A stretch of DNA of 38,724 nt, from sequence record SRR2962707_2795; one strand, written 5' to 3'. The position numbers and the translations under genes are program-made. Of the stretch, positions 1 through 10,568 are shown one piece after another. Within the stretch, counting starts at the first letter, position 1; each line of letters starts with the position of its first letter. The notes below the pieces were generated by a model that searched no databases, was not told the origin of the DNA, and saw only the letters and a list, made by a program, of their open reading frames with translations.

Positions 1-8
1 GAAGCCAT
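1..8 (-). CDS. hfq: Probable 5' end of RNA chaperone Hfq (runs off the window)
   Basis: Minus strand reads AAGGCAATTTCA-ATG GCT TC (Met-Ala-Ser) after a purine-rich RBS. trkH-hfq-hflX is the usual order in Rhodobacteraceae. Only 8 nt are visible, so this is a synteny inference. Confidence 0.45.
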
Positions 9-135
9 TGAAATTGCCTTTTTTTCTTGTCGTGTGCCAAACGGGCACGCCCTCGCCTTTTGCTAAGTATGTATCGCAGGGGTAGGATATTCCAGTGCTA
101 AAGCGATGATTTTTACAGGTGTTCACGGTTAGGTG

Positions 136-1656
136 TCAGTTGCGCCACAAGTCCGGGGTCAACAAAACCACGATTGCAAGCAGTTCCAGACGTCCCAGGA
201 CCATCGCCGCGGCCATCAATAGCTTTGGTGCGGCCTCCAACGCATTCAAATTAATCGCTGTTTCTGCCGCTGCGGTAACCAACGGTCCGGTATTGGCCAA
301 GGACGCCACGCTCAGCAGCACGGAATGCTCAAAATCGACGCCCGTCGCAGACAAAAGAACGGTAAACGCCGCAATCGTAATCGCAAACATCATGAAAAAG
401 ACCCATGCAATAAAGGCCCCCTCGCGGCGTATTCGGCGGGTATACTTCCCCGCCTGAGCCACCGAAGAGGGGTGGATCATCTTTTCGATCTCACGTCGAC
501 CGTTCAAATATAAACCGAAGAACCTCAATAACTTAACACCACCGGCAGTTGTTGCGACTCCACCGCCGATCACCGCCAATCCCATCAGGATAATTCCGGG
601 AGTGCCAAGGCCGGACCAGGCTTGGGCCCGTCCCCAATTGACGCTTTCAAACCCGGTGGTCGACAGGAAGGAAAGAACGGTAAAAGCGCTCCCCCAGAGT
701 GACCGAAGCCCCGCCAAAAAGTTCTGCTCTTCTCCGACTTCAAAAGAAGCCAGCCAATGGCGCAGAAATAACAGCAGCGGCACGACAATAACCAAAGCGA
801 CGCCCATTCGGAACTCGGGATCCTGCCGCAAGCCCGCCTGTGTTTTGCTCACCGTGTCGCCAGAAAACGTCAACCGCGACAAGGCGAAGAACATAAAGCA
901 GAACAAGATCAACTCACCAAATACGCCGCTCGGGGCATTTTGTGTCCCTCCGATCGGTGAGATTCCCGACGTCGACATCACGGACATCGCATGACTGACC
1001 GCAACCAGTGGCGGGTCCCCGGCGATTGTTAGCATTAATCCGACCATAACCGTCAACCCGGCGTAGATCGGAATCAAGGCAACAGCCGTGCGAAACAAGC
1101 GGCGGGCCGGATCAATCCGGTCTCTTTGTGCTGCAAGGGTAACCAACCCCTCTGAGCGACCGAGCGAGCTACCTGCCGTGACCTCAAAACCGCCAAGGTT
1201 CAGCGGTGCCAGAATGGCGGCCGCTGAAATCCACATAAGCAACCCGCCCAACCAACCGACCTGGGCGCGCCAAAGATGTTCAACCATGGACAAACGGGCT
1301 GGTTCAAACAAGGTTGCGCCGGTCGTCGTCAGCGCGGATGTCATCTCAACATAGGCATTTAGAAAGGTCGTTGATCGCACCGCTTCGAAAAACGGCACCG
1401 CCAAAAACAACGGCAGAAACGCAAAACTGGCCAAGAGGCCCAACAATTGCTGCAAAACCGTTGTGCTCCGTTTGCGACCAGACAAGGCGATCGCAACAAG
1501 CGACGTCAACACAATGCCGATCAGTCCCGAATAAAAGAAACTGCGTGCGTCATGAAAATCTTGGATCTGCAACGCCACAACAGCCGGCAGAAACATGGAA
1601 ACAAAAGCGATGCCCGAAAGAAGCAAGAATAACGGAAGGGCAAGAAGATGGCGCAT
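136..1656 (-). CDS. trkH: Trk potassium uptake membrane protein TrkH
   Basis: Multi-TM protein with pore-loop motifs SALTTTGAT, SVMSTSG, SFLSTTGF, ASLANTGP, plus TAGGVK and MVLGRLE. Follows trkA. ATG at 1656 (TTG at 1662 is an alternative). Confidence 0.92.
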   Translation of the reverse strand: MRHLLALPLFLLLSGIAFVSMFLPAVVALQIQDFHDARSFFYSGLIGIVLTSLVAIALSGRKRSTTVLQQLLGLLASFAFLPLFLAVPFFEAVRSTTFLNAYVEMTSALTTTGATLFEPARLSMVEHLWRAQVGWLGGLLMWISAAAILAPLNLGGFEVTAGSSLGRSEGLVTLAAQRDRIDPARRLFRTAVALIPIYAGLTVMVGLMLTIAGDPPLVAVSHAMSVMSTSGISPIGGTQNAPSGVFGELILFCFMFFALSRLTFSGDTVSKTQAGLRQDPEFRMGVALVIVVPLLLFLRHWLASFEVGEEQNFLAGLRSLWGSAFTVLSFLSTTGFESVNWGRAQAWSGLGTPGIILMGLAVIGGGVATTAGGVKLLRFFGLYLNGRREIEKMIHPSSVAQAGKYTRRIRREGAFIAWVFFMMFAITIAAFTVLLSATGVDFEHSVLLSVASLANTGPLVTAAAETAINLNALEAAPKLLMAAAMVLGRLELLAIVVLLTPDLWRN

Positions 1657-1665
1657 TCCCAAGCC

Positions 1666-3042
1666 TCAGAAGAAGTCGATCGAGACCTGGAGCAACCGCT
1701 CCACCTCGGCGACATCCTTTGATAGAGAGAACAACAGGATGTGATCTCCCTCATCGATGCGCAGGCTGCCGGACGGCTTTACAACTTTGTCTCCCTTTCG
1801 CACGGCCCCGACCAAGACGCCTTCAGGGAAATCAACATCGCGGATTTTCTGCCCGGCGATGGGTGAGGTCGAAAGGACTTCGGCTTCGATGACTTCGGCC
1901 TCTGCGTCACCGATGGAATACACCGCCCGCACGCGCCCATGGCGAATGTGCCGCAGAATCGAGCTTACTGTCGTGGCGCGCGGGTTGATGTAGGCATCAA
2001 TGCCTAAGGGCTCCATGAGCGGCACCAAGGTCGGATCATTGATCAGGGCAATCGCCATCGGACAGCCCGCCGCCTTGGCCCTAACGGCTGCAAGCAGGTT
2101 GGTTTTGTCATCATCCGTCACACATAACACTGCATCGGCCCGGTCGATGTTGGCTTCGGCCAACAAACCCGCATCCAGCCCGTCGCCATGCAAAACAATC
2201 GTCCGTTCGAGAATTTCTGCCGCGTGTTCCGCGCATTTTCTGTTGCGCTCAATCACCTTGACGCGCACGCGTTCTGCGCGGCTTTCAAGGTCACGGGCAA
2301 CCATGCGGCCGACATTGCCGCCGCCCACCAGTACAACCCGTTCCTGCCTGCGATGCGACTTGCCAAATATCTCCATCGTTCGGCCAACGTCTTCGGCGTT
2401 GACCACAACATAGCACGCATCTCCGACGAAAAGCTGATCACTGCTTTCCGGGGCGAACAATGTCCCCTCACGACGGATCGCCACCACCACCGTGCGCAAT
2501 GTCGAAAACAGATCACTGAGTTGTCGCAACGGTGTGTTCACGATCGGGCAGTCTTCGTCAATTGTCAGGCCCAAAAGCTGTGCCTGCCCGTCCAAAAAGG
2601 ATTCTGTGTCAAAGGCGGATGGGGCCGCCAGTCGCTGAAGCGCGGCGGCCGCAACTTCTCGTTCCGGGCTAATCACCACATCAATTGGCATGTGGTCGCG
2701 TCGATACAAATCGGAATAAATCGCCGTCAGGTAGCTTTGAGAGCGCAAGCGCGCAATCTTGCGCGGGATGGCAAAGACCGAGTGCGCCACCTGACAGGTT
2801 ACCATGTTCACTTCGTCAGAATGGGTCGCGGCGATAATCATATCCGCGTCTTTTGCCCCTGCCCGTTCTAGAATGTCCGGATAGGAGGCAAAGCCTGAAA
2901 TGCCCTGAACATCCAAGGAGTCCGTCGCGCGCCGCACAAGCTCTGAATTGTTGTCCACAACCGTTACGTCATTGCTTTCACCAGAAAGATGGCGCGCAAT
3001 TTGCCAGCCAACCTGACCAGCGCCGCAAATGATGACTTTCAT
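1666..3042 (-). CDS. trkA: Trk potassium uptake NAD-binding subunit TrkA
   Basis: Starts MKVIICGAGQVG, second Rossmann motif VGGGNVG, 458 aa with two RCK units. Confidence 0.97.
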   Translation of the reverse strand: MKVIICGAGQVGWQIARHLSGESNDVTVVDNNSELVRRATDSLDVQGISGFASYPDILERAGAKDADMIIAATHSDEVNMVTCQVAHSVFAIPRKIARLRSQSYLTAIYSDLYRRDHMPIDVVISPEREVAAAALQRLAAPSAFDTESFLDGQAQLLGLTIDEDCPIVNTPLRQLSDLFSTLRTVVVAIRREGTLFAPESSDQLFVGDACYVVVNAEDVGRTMEIFGKSHRRQERVVLVGGGNVGRMVARDLESRAERVRVKVIERNRKCAEHAAEILERTIVLHGDGLDAGLLAEANIDRADAVLCVTDDDKTNLLAAVRAKAAGCPMAIALINDPTLVPLMEPLGIDAYINPRATTVSSILRHIRHGRVRAVYSIGDAEAEVIEAEVLSTSPIAGQKIRDVDFPEGVLVGAVRKGDKVVKPSGSLRIDEGDHILLFSLSKDVAEVERLLQVSIDFF

Positions 3043-3170
3043 CGACTAAGCCCCTTAATGCCTTAGACCAATTGCATGGCAGGCCGCAGAAATAGCGTCA
3101 ATGCGATTGTGACCTTCTTTCGGTCAATTTTTTCCCTTCACTCACAGGAAGTGACGCACATAACTTGGCC

Positions 3171-4583
3171 TCACCCTTCGGAAACTTCATCTTCCAGCCG
3201 TGCAACGCGTGCCCCCGATTTCGAAGAGGTCACCACACCCAAAGATTTCAGCTTTCTGTGCAGAGCGCTGCGCTCCATACCGACAAAACTTGCGGTCCGG
3301 CTGATATTCCCGCCGAAACGGTTAATCTGGGTCAGAAGATATTCGCGCTCAAACGCTTCGCGGGCTTCGCGCAACGGCAAGGTCGCCAAAGCACCGGACA
3401 AGACAACACGATCCTCATCATTGGACCCCGCGCTGCCATCACGCGGCAATTCTCCAGCTTCGATCTCTCCAGTCCCGTCCCCCAGAATCAAAACACGCTC
3501 AACCAGATTTTTCAGTTGGCGCACATTTCCCGGCCAGATCATTGTTTGCAACAATGCAATCGCATCTTCGGTGAATGCCCGTTTTGGCAATCCCTGCGTT
3601 TTGTTGCAATCTTCAATAAATGTCTCAGCCAAAAGGGGAATGTCCTCGCGGCGATCTTCGAGCGATGGCACGGAAATCGGCACCACATTCAAACGATGAA
3701 ACAATTCCTGACGGAACGTCCCTGACGCGATTTCTTCTTCCAGATTTCGGTTTGTCGACGAAATCACCCGCAGATCGACGCGTACCTTGTCGCTGCCCCC
3801 AACGCGGGTGAATTGTTGATCAACCAAAACGCGCAGGATCTTTGACTGGGTTCCCAGCGGCATATCAGCCACTTCGTCGAAATAGATAACGCCACCATGG
3901 GCCTGTTCAAGCAACCCAGGTTCGACCCCTCGATCAGCCGTCTCGCGCCCAAACAACACTTCTTCCATCGATTCTGGTGAAACACCGGCACAGTTCACAG
4001 TGACGAATGGGGCGCTGGCCCGATTGGAATTCGCGTGTACAAAGCGTGCCGCGACCTCTTTTCCGCTGCCCGCTGGACCAGAGAGCATGACCCGACCGTT
4101 GGACTTGGTGACCTTGTCCAATTGGCTCATCAAAGCGCGGAAAGACGCGCTTTCCCCGACCATCTTCGACACACTGCCTTCGCGCCGTTTCAATTTGAGG
4201 TTTTCGCGACGCAACCGGGATGTTTCCATCGCACGGCGTATCACAACAAGTAGCTGGTCAATGTTGAAAGGCTTTTCGATGAAGTCATAAGCGCCTTGCT
4301 TGATGGCCGCGACCGCGATTTCAATATTTCCATGGCCTGAAATGATAACCACGGGCACATCGGGATTGTCGCGTTTGACAGATTTCAGAATGTCGATGCC
4401 ATCCATCTTGCTATCTTTGAGCCAAATATCGAGGATCAAAAGAGCCGGCGCTTCTGCATTAATAGCAGCAATGGCTTCGGTGGAATTTCCAGCAAGACGC
4501 GTCGAAAACCCTTCGTCTTCGAGAATATCTCCGATCAATTCGCGGATGTCGCGCTCGTCGTCAACAATCAGAATATCGCTCAT
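3171..4583 (-). CDS. ntrX: Response regulator NtrX (REC-AAA+-Fis HTH)
   Basis: Receiver with LDIWL, Walker [18 protein letters not shown]-terminal GMERSALHRKLKSLG. Start overlaps the ntrY stop (ATGA). Confidence 0.95.
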   Translation of the reverse strand: MSDILIVDDERDIRELIGDILEDEGFSTRLAGNSTEAIAAINAEAPALLILDIWLKDSKMDGIDILKSVKRDNPDVPVVIISGHGNIEIAVAAIKQGAYDFIEKPFNIDQLLVVIRRAMETSRLRRENLKLKRREGSVSKMVGESASFRALMSQLDKVTKSNGRVMLSGPAGSGKEVAARFVHANSNRASAPFVTVNCAGVSPESMEEVLFGRETADRGVEPGLLEQAHGGVIYFDEVADMPLGTQSKILRVLVDQQFTRVGGSDKVRVDLRVISSTNRNLEEEIASGTFRQELFHRLNVVPISVPSLEDRREDIPLLAETFIEDCNKTQGLPKRAFTEDAIALLQTMIWPGNVRQLKNLVERVLILGDGTGEIEAGELPRDGSAGSNDEDRVVLSGALATLPLREAREAFEREYLLTQINRFGGNISRTASFVGMERSALHRKLKSLGVVTSSKSGARVARLEDEVSEG

Positions 4584-6859
4584 ATGCCCCTCATACTATC
4601 AACAGTCTCGTTTAAATTTCCCTGCGTCGACCCCGACGCAATGTTCAGCTCAAGGCGGATTACGGCCATCGCGCCGCAATGCCCGTCCGAGGAAAAGGCC
4701 GGGGCATCTTGCAAGACCAAGCTGCCGCCATGTTCCTCAATGATCTTTTTTACAATCGGCAATCCAAGACCGGTGCCCTTGTCCCGTGTCGTGACATAGG
4801 GTTCAAAAAGGCGAGACCGGTCTTCCGGCAGGCCAATGCCATTGTCTGCTATCCGTATTTCAGCATAACCATTGAGGTCGCTACAACCGATGCGAATTTC
4901 AGGTTGAAACCCGTCGGGAACCCCACGCTCCACGCGGCTTTCGATTGCCTCTCCGGCGTTTTTTATAAGGTTCGTCAAAGCTTGGCTGATCATCGTCGCA
5001 TCAAGATCCGCTAACAATTCGTCATCAGTCAGATCATTCACAAAGCGCACATGAGGCTGACCGGCCTCTTGCAATACCAACGCATCTTTGACCAAAGCCA
5101 TCACATTTTCAGGCCGGGTCCGTGGCTCCGGCATCCGGGCGAACTTAGAAAACTCATCCACGATGCGGCGCAAGTCATTGGTTTGACGCACAATAACCGC
5201 TGTCATTTGATCCAGGTCTTCGGCTCCGGCGTCGTCCAGCTCTTTTCGAAACTTTCGCTTGATACGTTCGGCAGACAATTGAATGGGAGTCAGTGGGTTC
5301 TTAATTTCATGCGCAATGCGTTGCGCGACATCACCCCAGGCCGCCATCCGTTGAGCACTGACCAAATCTGTGACGTCATCAAAGGCCACCACATATCCTT
5401 CAAGTGACCGATCCTCCCGCCGACGTGTCGAGACCCGCACCAATAGGTTTTCAAGACGGCCATCTCGGCTTACTTTCACCTCGTCCTGTGCGACTTCGTA
5501 GCCCTCGATCCGAACCTTTTCAAAAAGCGCACCAAATTCTGGAACCGCCACATTCAGGGGAACACTGTCCTCGGTAATGTCCCAGCCCAGTAGCTTTTCG
5601 GCGGATCTGTTTACGAAAGTAATCTTACCGACAGCGTCAACTCCGACCACCCCGGATGTGACCGACGTCAATACAGAGTCGAACAAGCGCTGGCGCCGCT
5701 CAATTTGCTTTGTACTGTCCAAAAGGGTTTGGCGTTGCACTTTCAACTGCCGGGTCATTTGGTTGAAGTACCGGCCCAGCATAGCGATTTCATCGTCGCC
5801 TTCGTCTTCGATCACCTGAACGTCAAGGTTTCCGGAGCCCACCATTTGCGCCGCGCCAGTCAGACGCCCGACAGGGCGGCTCAGACGTTCGGCAAACCAC
5901 AATCCCAGCCAAATCGCAGCGAGAACCAAAAGCAAAGCAAATCCAAGATAGAGCAAGGCAAAATCAAAAAGACGCCGCCCCCGCTCGCTCTCTTGTTGTT
6001 GATAGAAACGGGCCGTTTCCTGAGTTTCGTCTAGCAGATTAAGAATTCCGCCATCCACTTCCCGGCTGACATAGAGATAACGATCAGAAAAGGCGGACAG
6101 ACTCATCAACGCCCTAAATTCGTTGTTATCCCAATCTTCGATGACGGCGACGCCATTTACATCGACTTTTTCAAAGGCCGCTTCGTTCGGCTTTTCAAAA
6201 TCAAAAAGATAGGATCGTTCACCGCGGGCCTTTATTTCTCCTGCCCTGTCGATAACATACGCTTCGCGCAGTCCGCGCTGAATTTGCGACTGACCTTGGC
6301 TCAGGAATTGTCGCAGCTCCCCGTCGTTAGGAATCAAGGCTGCACGACGATTTCCATTCAGGAAGTTCCCCAACACATTGATATCTAACAAGAGATCCGT
6401 ACGATGCTCTTCCTCATAGGCCTCGGCCGCGGATAAAGACGCCCCAACCACATTGCGTACACGCTCAGAAAACCAGGTCTCCAGACCAATATTGATGGTC
6501 AAAACTGCAAAAACAGCGACGGTGACCGCAGGCAACAGGGCCATCAACGCGAAGACTCCGGTCAACCGCAAATGCAGGCGAGACCCCGCAGATTTGGCGC
6601 GACGCGCCGAAATCATCTTGGCCACACGCTGTAAAACGAGTGAAGCAATTAAAAGAACGTAAACAAAATCGGCCAACAGCACGAGTCGCAGCCCAAACGC
6701 TGAACTTCCCTGACCCAACGGGCCAAGCACAAGGAAAGTTGCCAACGCCAGGACAGGTCCCAATAGGACCAATCCAAGCGTCACGATATTCTGTACGCGT
6801 CGCTGCATCCGAAGCCGCACTAGGCGACTCCAATGAAACGTGCGTGCCCGAGTAGCCAC
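4580..6859 (-). CDS. ntrY: Sensor histidine kinase NtrY (TM-HAMP-PAS-HisKA-HATPase)
   Basis: [24 protein letters not shown]-box, NLIKNA, DNGIG and GTGLGL motifs. Sits between ntrC and ntrX. GTG start. Confidence 0.94.
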   Translation of the reverse strand: MATRARTFHWSRLVRLRMQRRVQNIVTLGLVLLGPVLALATFLVLGPLGQGSSAFGLRLVLLADFVYVLLIASLVLQRVAKMISARRAKSAGSRLHLRLTGVFALMALLPAVTVAVFAVLTINIGLETWFSERVRNVVGASLSAAEAYEEEHRTDLLLDINVLGNFLNGNRRAALIPNDGELRQFLSQGQSQIQRGLREAYVIDRAGEIKARGERSYLFDFEKPNEAAFEKVDVNGVAVIEDWDNNEFRALMSLSAFSDRYLYVSREVDGGILNLLDETQETARFYQQQESERGRRLFDFALLYLGFALLLVLAAIWLGLWFAERLSRPVGRLTGAAQMVGSGNLDVQVIEDEGDDEIAMLGRYFNQMTRQLKVQRQTLLDSTKQIERRQRLFDSVLTSVTSGVVGVDAVGKITFVNRSAEKLLGWDITEDSVPLNVAVPEFGALFEKVRIEGYEVAQDEVKVSRDGRLENLLVRVSTRRREDRSLEGYVVAFDDVTDLVSAQRMAAWGDVAQRIAHEIKNPLTPIQLSAERIKRKFRKELDDAGAEDLDQMTAVIVRQTNDLRRIVDEFSKFARMPEPRTRPENVMALVKDALVLQEAGQPHVRFVNDLTDDELLADLDATMISQALTNLIKNAGEAIESRVERGVPDGFQPEIRIGCSDLNGYAEIRIADNGIGLPEDRSRLFEPYVTTRDKGTGLGLPIVKKIIEEHGGSLVLQDAPAFSSDGHCGAMAVIRLELNIASGSTQGNLNETVDSMRGI

Positions 6860-6957
6860 AGCTCGACCCCGCTATAATGTGCTGCAAAGGCAGCGGACCG
6901 CTAAATCCCGTGATTCTCGTGCTACGAATGCAACACGGCCACGGTTGTGTGACCCTT

Positions 6958-8328
6958 TTACATCAATTTGCGGCGGCGTGTCACCTGAATATCTAAATCG
7001 CTTATTTTTTTACGTAGGGTATTTCGGTTAATGCCCAACAAGTCCGCACATTTGGCCTGATTTCCACCCGTGGCATCCAAGGCGATTTCGATAAGTGGCG
7101 CTTCGACTTCTCTCAGAATTCGACCGTACAGACCGGGAGGCGGTAGCATGTTGCCATGCAGGTCAAAATAGCGACGCAGATGCCGTGAGACCGACACGCC
7201 AAGTTTTTCGCTATCCCCACCGCGCAAAGTTGGGCCCATTTCCGGCTGATTGCCCAATACGGCTTCGACTTCTCCGCGTGTGATCTCCTCAGCGCGGCTT
7301 GTCAGGCTCAGGCGACGCACAGCATTCTCGAGTTGCCTCACGTTCCCCGGCCAACTGTAGGCCCGGAAGAGCTCCGCCGAGTCTTCAGACAACCAACGTT
7401 TTTGAGCGCCTTCGCGCTCTGCCCGCAAAAGGAAATGGTCTGTCAGCAAGGAAATGTCATCGACACGCTCCCGCAGGCTGGGAACCGCAATCGTTGCGCC
7501 GCCCAACCGGTAATAGAGATCCTGACGAACCCGGCCATCTTCCATAGCCTGAGCCAGATCGCCCTGAGAGGTGGCCATAAACCGTGGCACATATTCGCCG
7601 GGCACATCCATCATCCGAACGATCCGCGCTTGGATTTCTTCGTCAATATCCGTGATTTCATCGATCAAAAGTGTGCCACCTTTGACCCGTGCCAAAACCC
7701 GGGCTGGGCCTTCCAACTCAGCCAGATCGGCCCCAGTAACCGTGATAAACGGCATGGTCCGGCGATCAGAGAAATCGTGAATCGCGCGGGCAATCAGCGA
7801 TTTACCCGTGCCGGATTCACCGGCGATTAACACGGGCAAATCAGTATTCATGACCCGTGCGACCAGGCGATACAACGCCTGCATAGCCGCTGTCTTGCCC
7901 ACCAAAGGAAGCTCGTCCGGTGCATCGGCGTTTTCGACCGGTTCATCTTTTGACGGAACCCTCGCCTTGGCTTCCAAAGCGCGGGCTGTCCGTTTCATCA
8001 AATCCGGTAAATCAAACGGTTTGGGCAGATAATCATAAGCATCGGCTTCTGCTGCCTGAATGGCCGTCATAATCGTGTTCTGAGCGGAAATGACGATCAC
8101 GGGCAAACCCGGCCGGTCCTGCGCGATTTTCGGCAGCATTTCCAAGCCATTTCCGTCTGGCATGATGACGTCAGAGATAACAACATCCCCTTTGCCTTCA
8201 CCGACCCAACGCATCAAAGTTGTCAGCGACGAGGTGGCGTGCACCTTGCACCCTGCGCGCGTCAATGCCTGTGTCAGGACGGTTCTAATTGTGCGGTCGT
8301 CGTCAGCTACAAGTACGGTGCCGTCCAT
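6958..8328 (-). CDS. ntrC: Nitrogen regulation response regulator NtrC (lacks GAFTGA)
   Basis: Receiver [49 protein letters not shown]. Directly downstream of ntrB. Confidence 0.95.
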   Translation of the reverse strand: MDGTVLVADDDRTIRTVLTQALTRAGCKVHATSSLTTLMRWVGEGKGDVVISDVIMPDGNGLEMLPKIAQDRPGLPVIVISAQNTIMTAIQAAEADAYDYLPKPFDLPDLMKRTARALEAKARVPSKDEPVENADAPDELPLVGKTAAMQALYRLVARVMNTDLPVLIAGESGTGKSLIARAIHDFSDRRTMPFITVTGADLAELEGPARVLARVKGGTLLIDEITDIDEEIQARIVRMMDVPGEYVPRFMATSQGDLAQAMEDGRVRQDLYYRLGGATIAVPSLRERVDDISLLTDHFLLRAEREGAQKRWLSEDSAELFRAYSWPGNVRQLENAVRRLSLTSRAEEITRGEVEAVLGNQPEMGPTLRGGDSEKLGVSVSRHLRRYFDLHGNMLPPPGLYGRILREVEAPLIEIALDATGGNQAKCADLLGINRNTLRKKISDLDIQVTRRRKLM

Positions 8329-9410
8329 CAGGTAATCTCCACTGTCTGGCGGGGAGCGACTGGCAGGGAAATACGAAATACCGTTTTCCCTGGTTCGCTA
8401 TTCACGGAAATCCAACCATCGTGGTCGGATATGATTTTGCTGACCAAAGCCAGCCCAAGACCGGTGCCATTTTCCTTGCCAGACACAAAGGGGTCAAAGA
8501 TGTCCCCTTTGATGGCTAAGGGAAGGCCCGGCCCATCGTCGATAACTTCGATTTGCAGCGGCAAGGATTGCCCGGTTCCGTCTGCACGGCGCAAACGGAA
8601 ACTATGCTCAAAGAATGTATGAAGGCGGATTTTGCCGCCCTGCCTCGAAGAGGCCTCGGATGCGTTCTTGAGAAGGTTCAAAACCACCTGCAACAATTGA
8701 TCCGCATCGCCATGCGCCAACGGCAAAGACGGATCGTAGTCTTCGATGATCGTCATATGGGCCCCAAAGCCCAACAACGCCGATCTGCGCGCACGGTCAA
8801 GGACGTCATGGATGTTAACCGGCTGACGTTCGGGAGGCGAAAGATTGCCAAATTGCTCGACCTGCTCCAACAGCTTCACGATCCGGCGCGTCTCTGCCAC
8901 GATCAGATCAGTCAGTTCAAGGTCATCCTGACTAAGGTTCATACTCAAGAGCTGAGCCGCCCCTGCAATCCCGGCCAAGGGGTTCTTGATCTCATGTGCC
9001 AGCATTTCAGCCATGCCAATGGCGGATTTTGCGGCGGACTTTACTGAATGCGCCTGCGTCATACGACCAGCCAGTTCTCGGGGGCTGATCAGCATCAACA
9101 TCCACCCGGCTTTGCCTTGCACCGGTGCAATCTGAAGGTTGCACACCAAGGGAGCCCGGTTGATCGTGCCGACATCCACATCGTTCACAAACAATGCCCC
9201 GCCGGATTTTCGCGCCTTGTCGAGACTTTCCTCGATCGGTTCATCTACTGTCAAACGAGACCACAAAGGGACACCCAACAGCGACTTGGCAGAATTGTTC
9301 AAAAAGCCTTCGGCAGCAGGGTTTACATCCGCAATCCGCTGCTCTTCGTCCAGCAAAATCGCAGGCACCGGCAAGGAAGACCAGATTTGGATTTGAGGAT
9401 CGCGATTCAT
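8328..9410 (-). CDS. ntrB: Nitrogen regulation sensor kinase NtrB
   Basis: PAS domain, [14 protein letters not shown]-box, DYDPSLP, GTGLGL. Start placed at ATG 9410, overlapping the dusB stop (ATGA), rather than the track's 9533. Confidence 0.94.
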   Translation of the reverse strand: MNRDPQIQIWSSLPVPAILLDEEQRIADVNPAAEGFLNNSAKSLLGVPLWSRLTVDEPIEESLDKARKSGGALFVNDVDVGTINRAPLVCNLQIAPVQGKAGWMLMLISPRELAGRMTQAHSVKSAAKSAIGMAEMLAHEIKNPLAGIAGAAQLLSMNLSQDDLELTDLIVAETRRIVKLLEQVEQFGNLSPPERQPVNIHDVLDRARRSALLGFGAHMTIIEDYDPSLPLAHGDADQLLQVVLNLLKNASEASSRQGGKIRLHTFFEHSFRLRRADGTGQSLPLQIEVIDDGPGLPLAIKGDIFDPFVSGKENGTGLGLALVSKIISDHDGWISVNSEPGKTVFRISLPVAPRQTVEIT

Positions 9411-10390
9411 GCGGCCACCTTTTCGCAGCCGGACAAAGCGTTTTTCAGCCGGTGCAATACCTGCTGAGGGTCTTTGGTTGTTAAAACCTCGCGGCGCAAA
9501 TCGCTCGGCGTTGCGGTGTCCTCCATGTACCAACCCAGGTGTTTGCGTGCTACACGACCACCCAGCTCGACACCATAAAACCTCAACATATCTTCATAAT
9601 GTTCTGATACCATGTCATAAAAATCATTCCCAACCGGCACTTCTGGTACCTCAGACCCGTATAGTTCAGCCGCGACCTGAGCGAGCAACCAAGGTTTCCC
9701 TTGCGCCCCGCGCCCGATCATAACGCCTTGGGCATTGGACGCTTGCAACGCCTGCCGCGCTGACGAGGCATCAATGATATCCCCATTGGCAACGACGGGA
9801 ATCGAGACCGCTTCACTGACAGTCGAGATTGCAGACCAATCCGCCTTACCTTTGTAAAACTGACATCGTGTGCGCCCGTGAATGACAACCATCTGGACGC
9901 CCGCTTGCTCGGCCCGCGCAGCAAGCGCCGCGGCGTTCAAACAATCGTCATCCCAACCCAACCGGGTTTTTAGGGTCACAGGAACGGAAACCGCACCAAC
10001 AACTGCTTCGATCAAACGCAACGCGTGATCCGGCACCCGCATCAATGCAGACCCTGAGTAGCCGCCGACAACTTTCTTGGCTGGACAGCCCATATTGATA
10101 TCAATCACTCGGGCGCCCATCGCCTCAACCATACGCGCGGCTTCGGCCATCGAGTCGGGATCCCGTCCGGCAAGCTGCACAGACGTGTTTTCTATTCCAG
10201 CCCCAAGCTCTGCTTTTTCCCGTGTTCCCGGACGCTCCGTCAAAAATTCTCCGCTTGCCACCATTTCGCTCACAACGAGACCGGCGCCAAAACGGGACAC
10301 CAGTTTTCGAAATGGCAAATCGGTGATACCTGCCAGCGGAGCCAACAGAACCGGGTCATTGATGAATGTGGATGCGAGCTTGATGGACAA
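9407..10390 (-). CDS. dusB: tRNA-dihydrouridine synthase DusB (NifR3)
   Basis: LAPLAGITD, DINMGCPAKKV, IHGRTR, ANGDI, GRGAQGKPW, ARKHLGWY. Classic nifR3-ntrBC operon. TTG start. Confidence 0.95.
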   Translation of the reverse strand: MSIKLASTFINDPVLLAPLAGITDLPFRKLVSRFGAGLVVSEMVASGEFLTERPGTREKAELGAGIENTSVQLAGRDPDSMAEAARMVEAMGARVIDINMGCPAKKVVGGYSGSALMRVPDHALRLIEAVVGAVSVPVTLKTRLGWDDDCLNAAALAARAEQAGVQMVVIHGRTRCQFYKGKADWSAISTVSEAVSIPVVANGDIIDASSARQALQASNAQGVMIGRGAQGKPWLLAQVAAELYGSEVPEVPVGNDFYDMVSEHYEDMLRFYGVELGGRVARKHLGWYMEDTATPSDLRREVLTTKDPQQVLHRLKNALSGCEKVAA

Positions 10391-10483
10391 GCGCCTATTC
10401 CTTGTGCAGATATGTTTGGGCTAACTCCGACTGCGTCATTGTTCAACAATACCCGGCCAGTTCTAAGGCACATAATGCCTCAA

Positions 10484-10522
10484 TGCCTAATTTTTAGTCA
10501 AATGAGCGTGAATTATTGCGCA
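10484..10522. promoter_or_regulatory. Tandem NtrC-like boxes in the dusB-ntrBC / ispDF divergent promoter
   Basis: TGCCTAATTTTTAGTCA (10484-10500) is one mismatch from TGC-N11-GCA. GCGTGAATTATTGCGCA (10506-10522) has one good half-site. Centres are 22 bp apart. Confidence 0.6.
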
Positions 10523-10568
10523 CCACCGGCTCAGGGCTTATGCAGCCAAGCAAAGCAAAGGATCCGGT

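Noticed and set aside
20..42. TGGCAC on the minus strand upstream of the putative hfq start, as a sigma54 promoter
   Set aside because: No TTGC at the -12 position (reads TGGCAC-ACGAC-AAGA).
9411..9533. N-terminal extension of NtrB in the ORF track
   Set aside because: It overlaps dusB in another frame. ATG 9410 gives the usual ATGA coupling and starts at the PAS domain.
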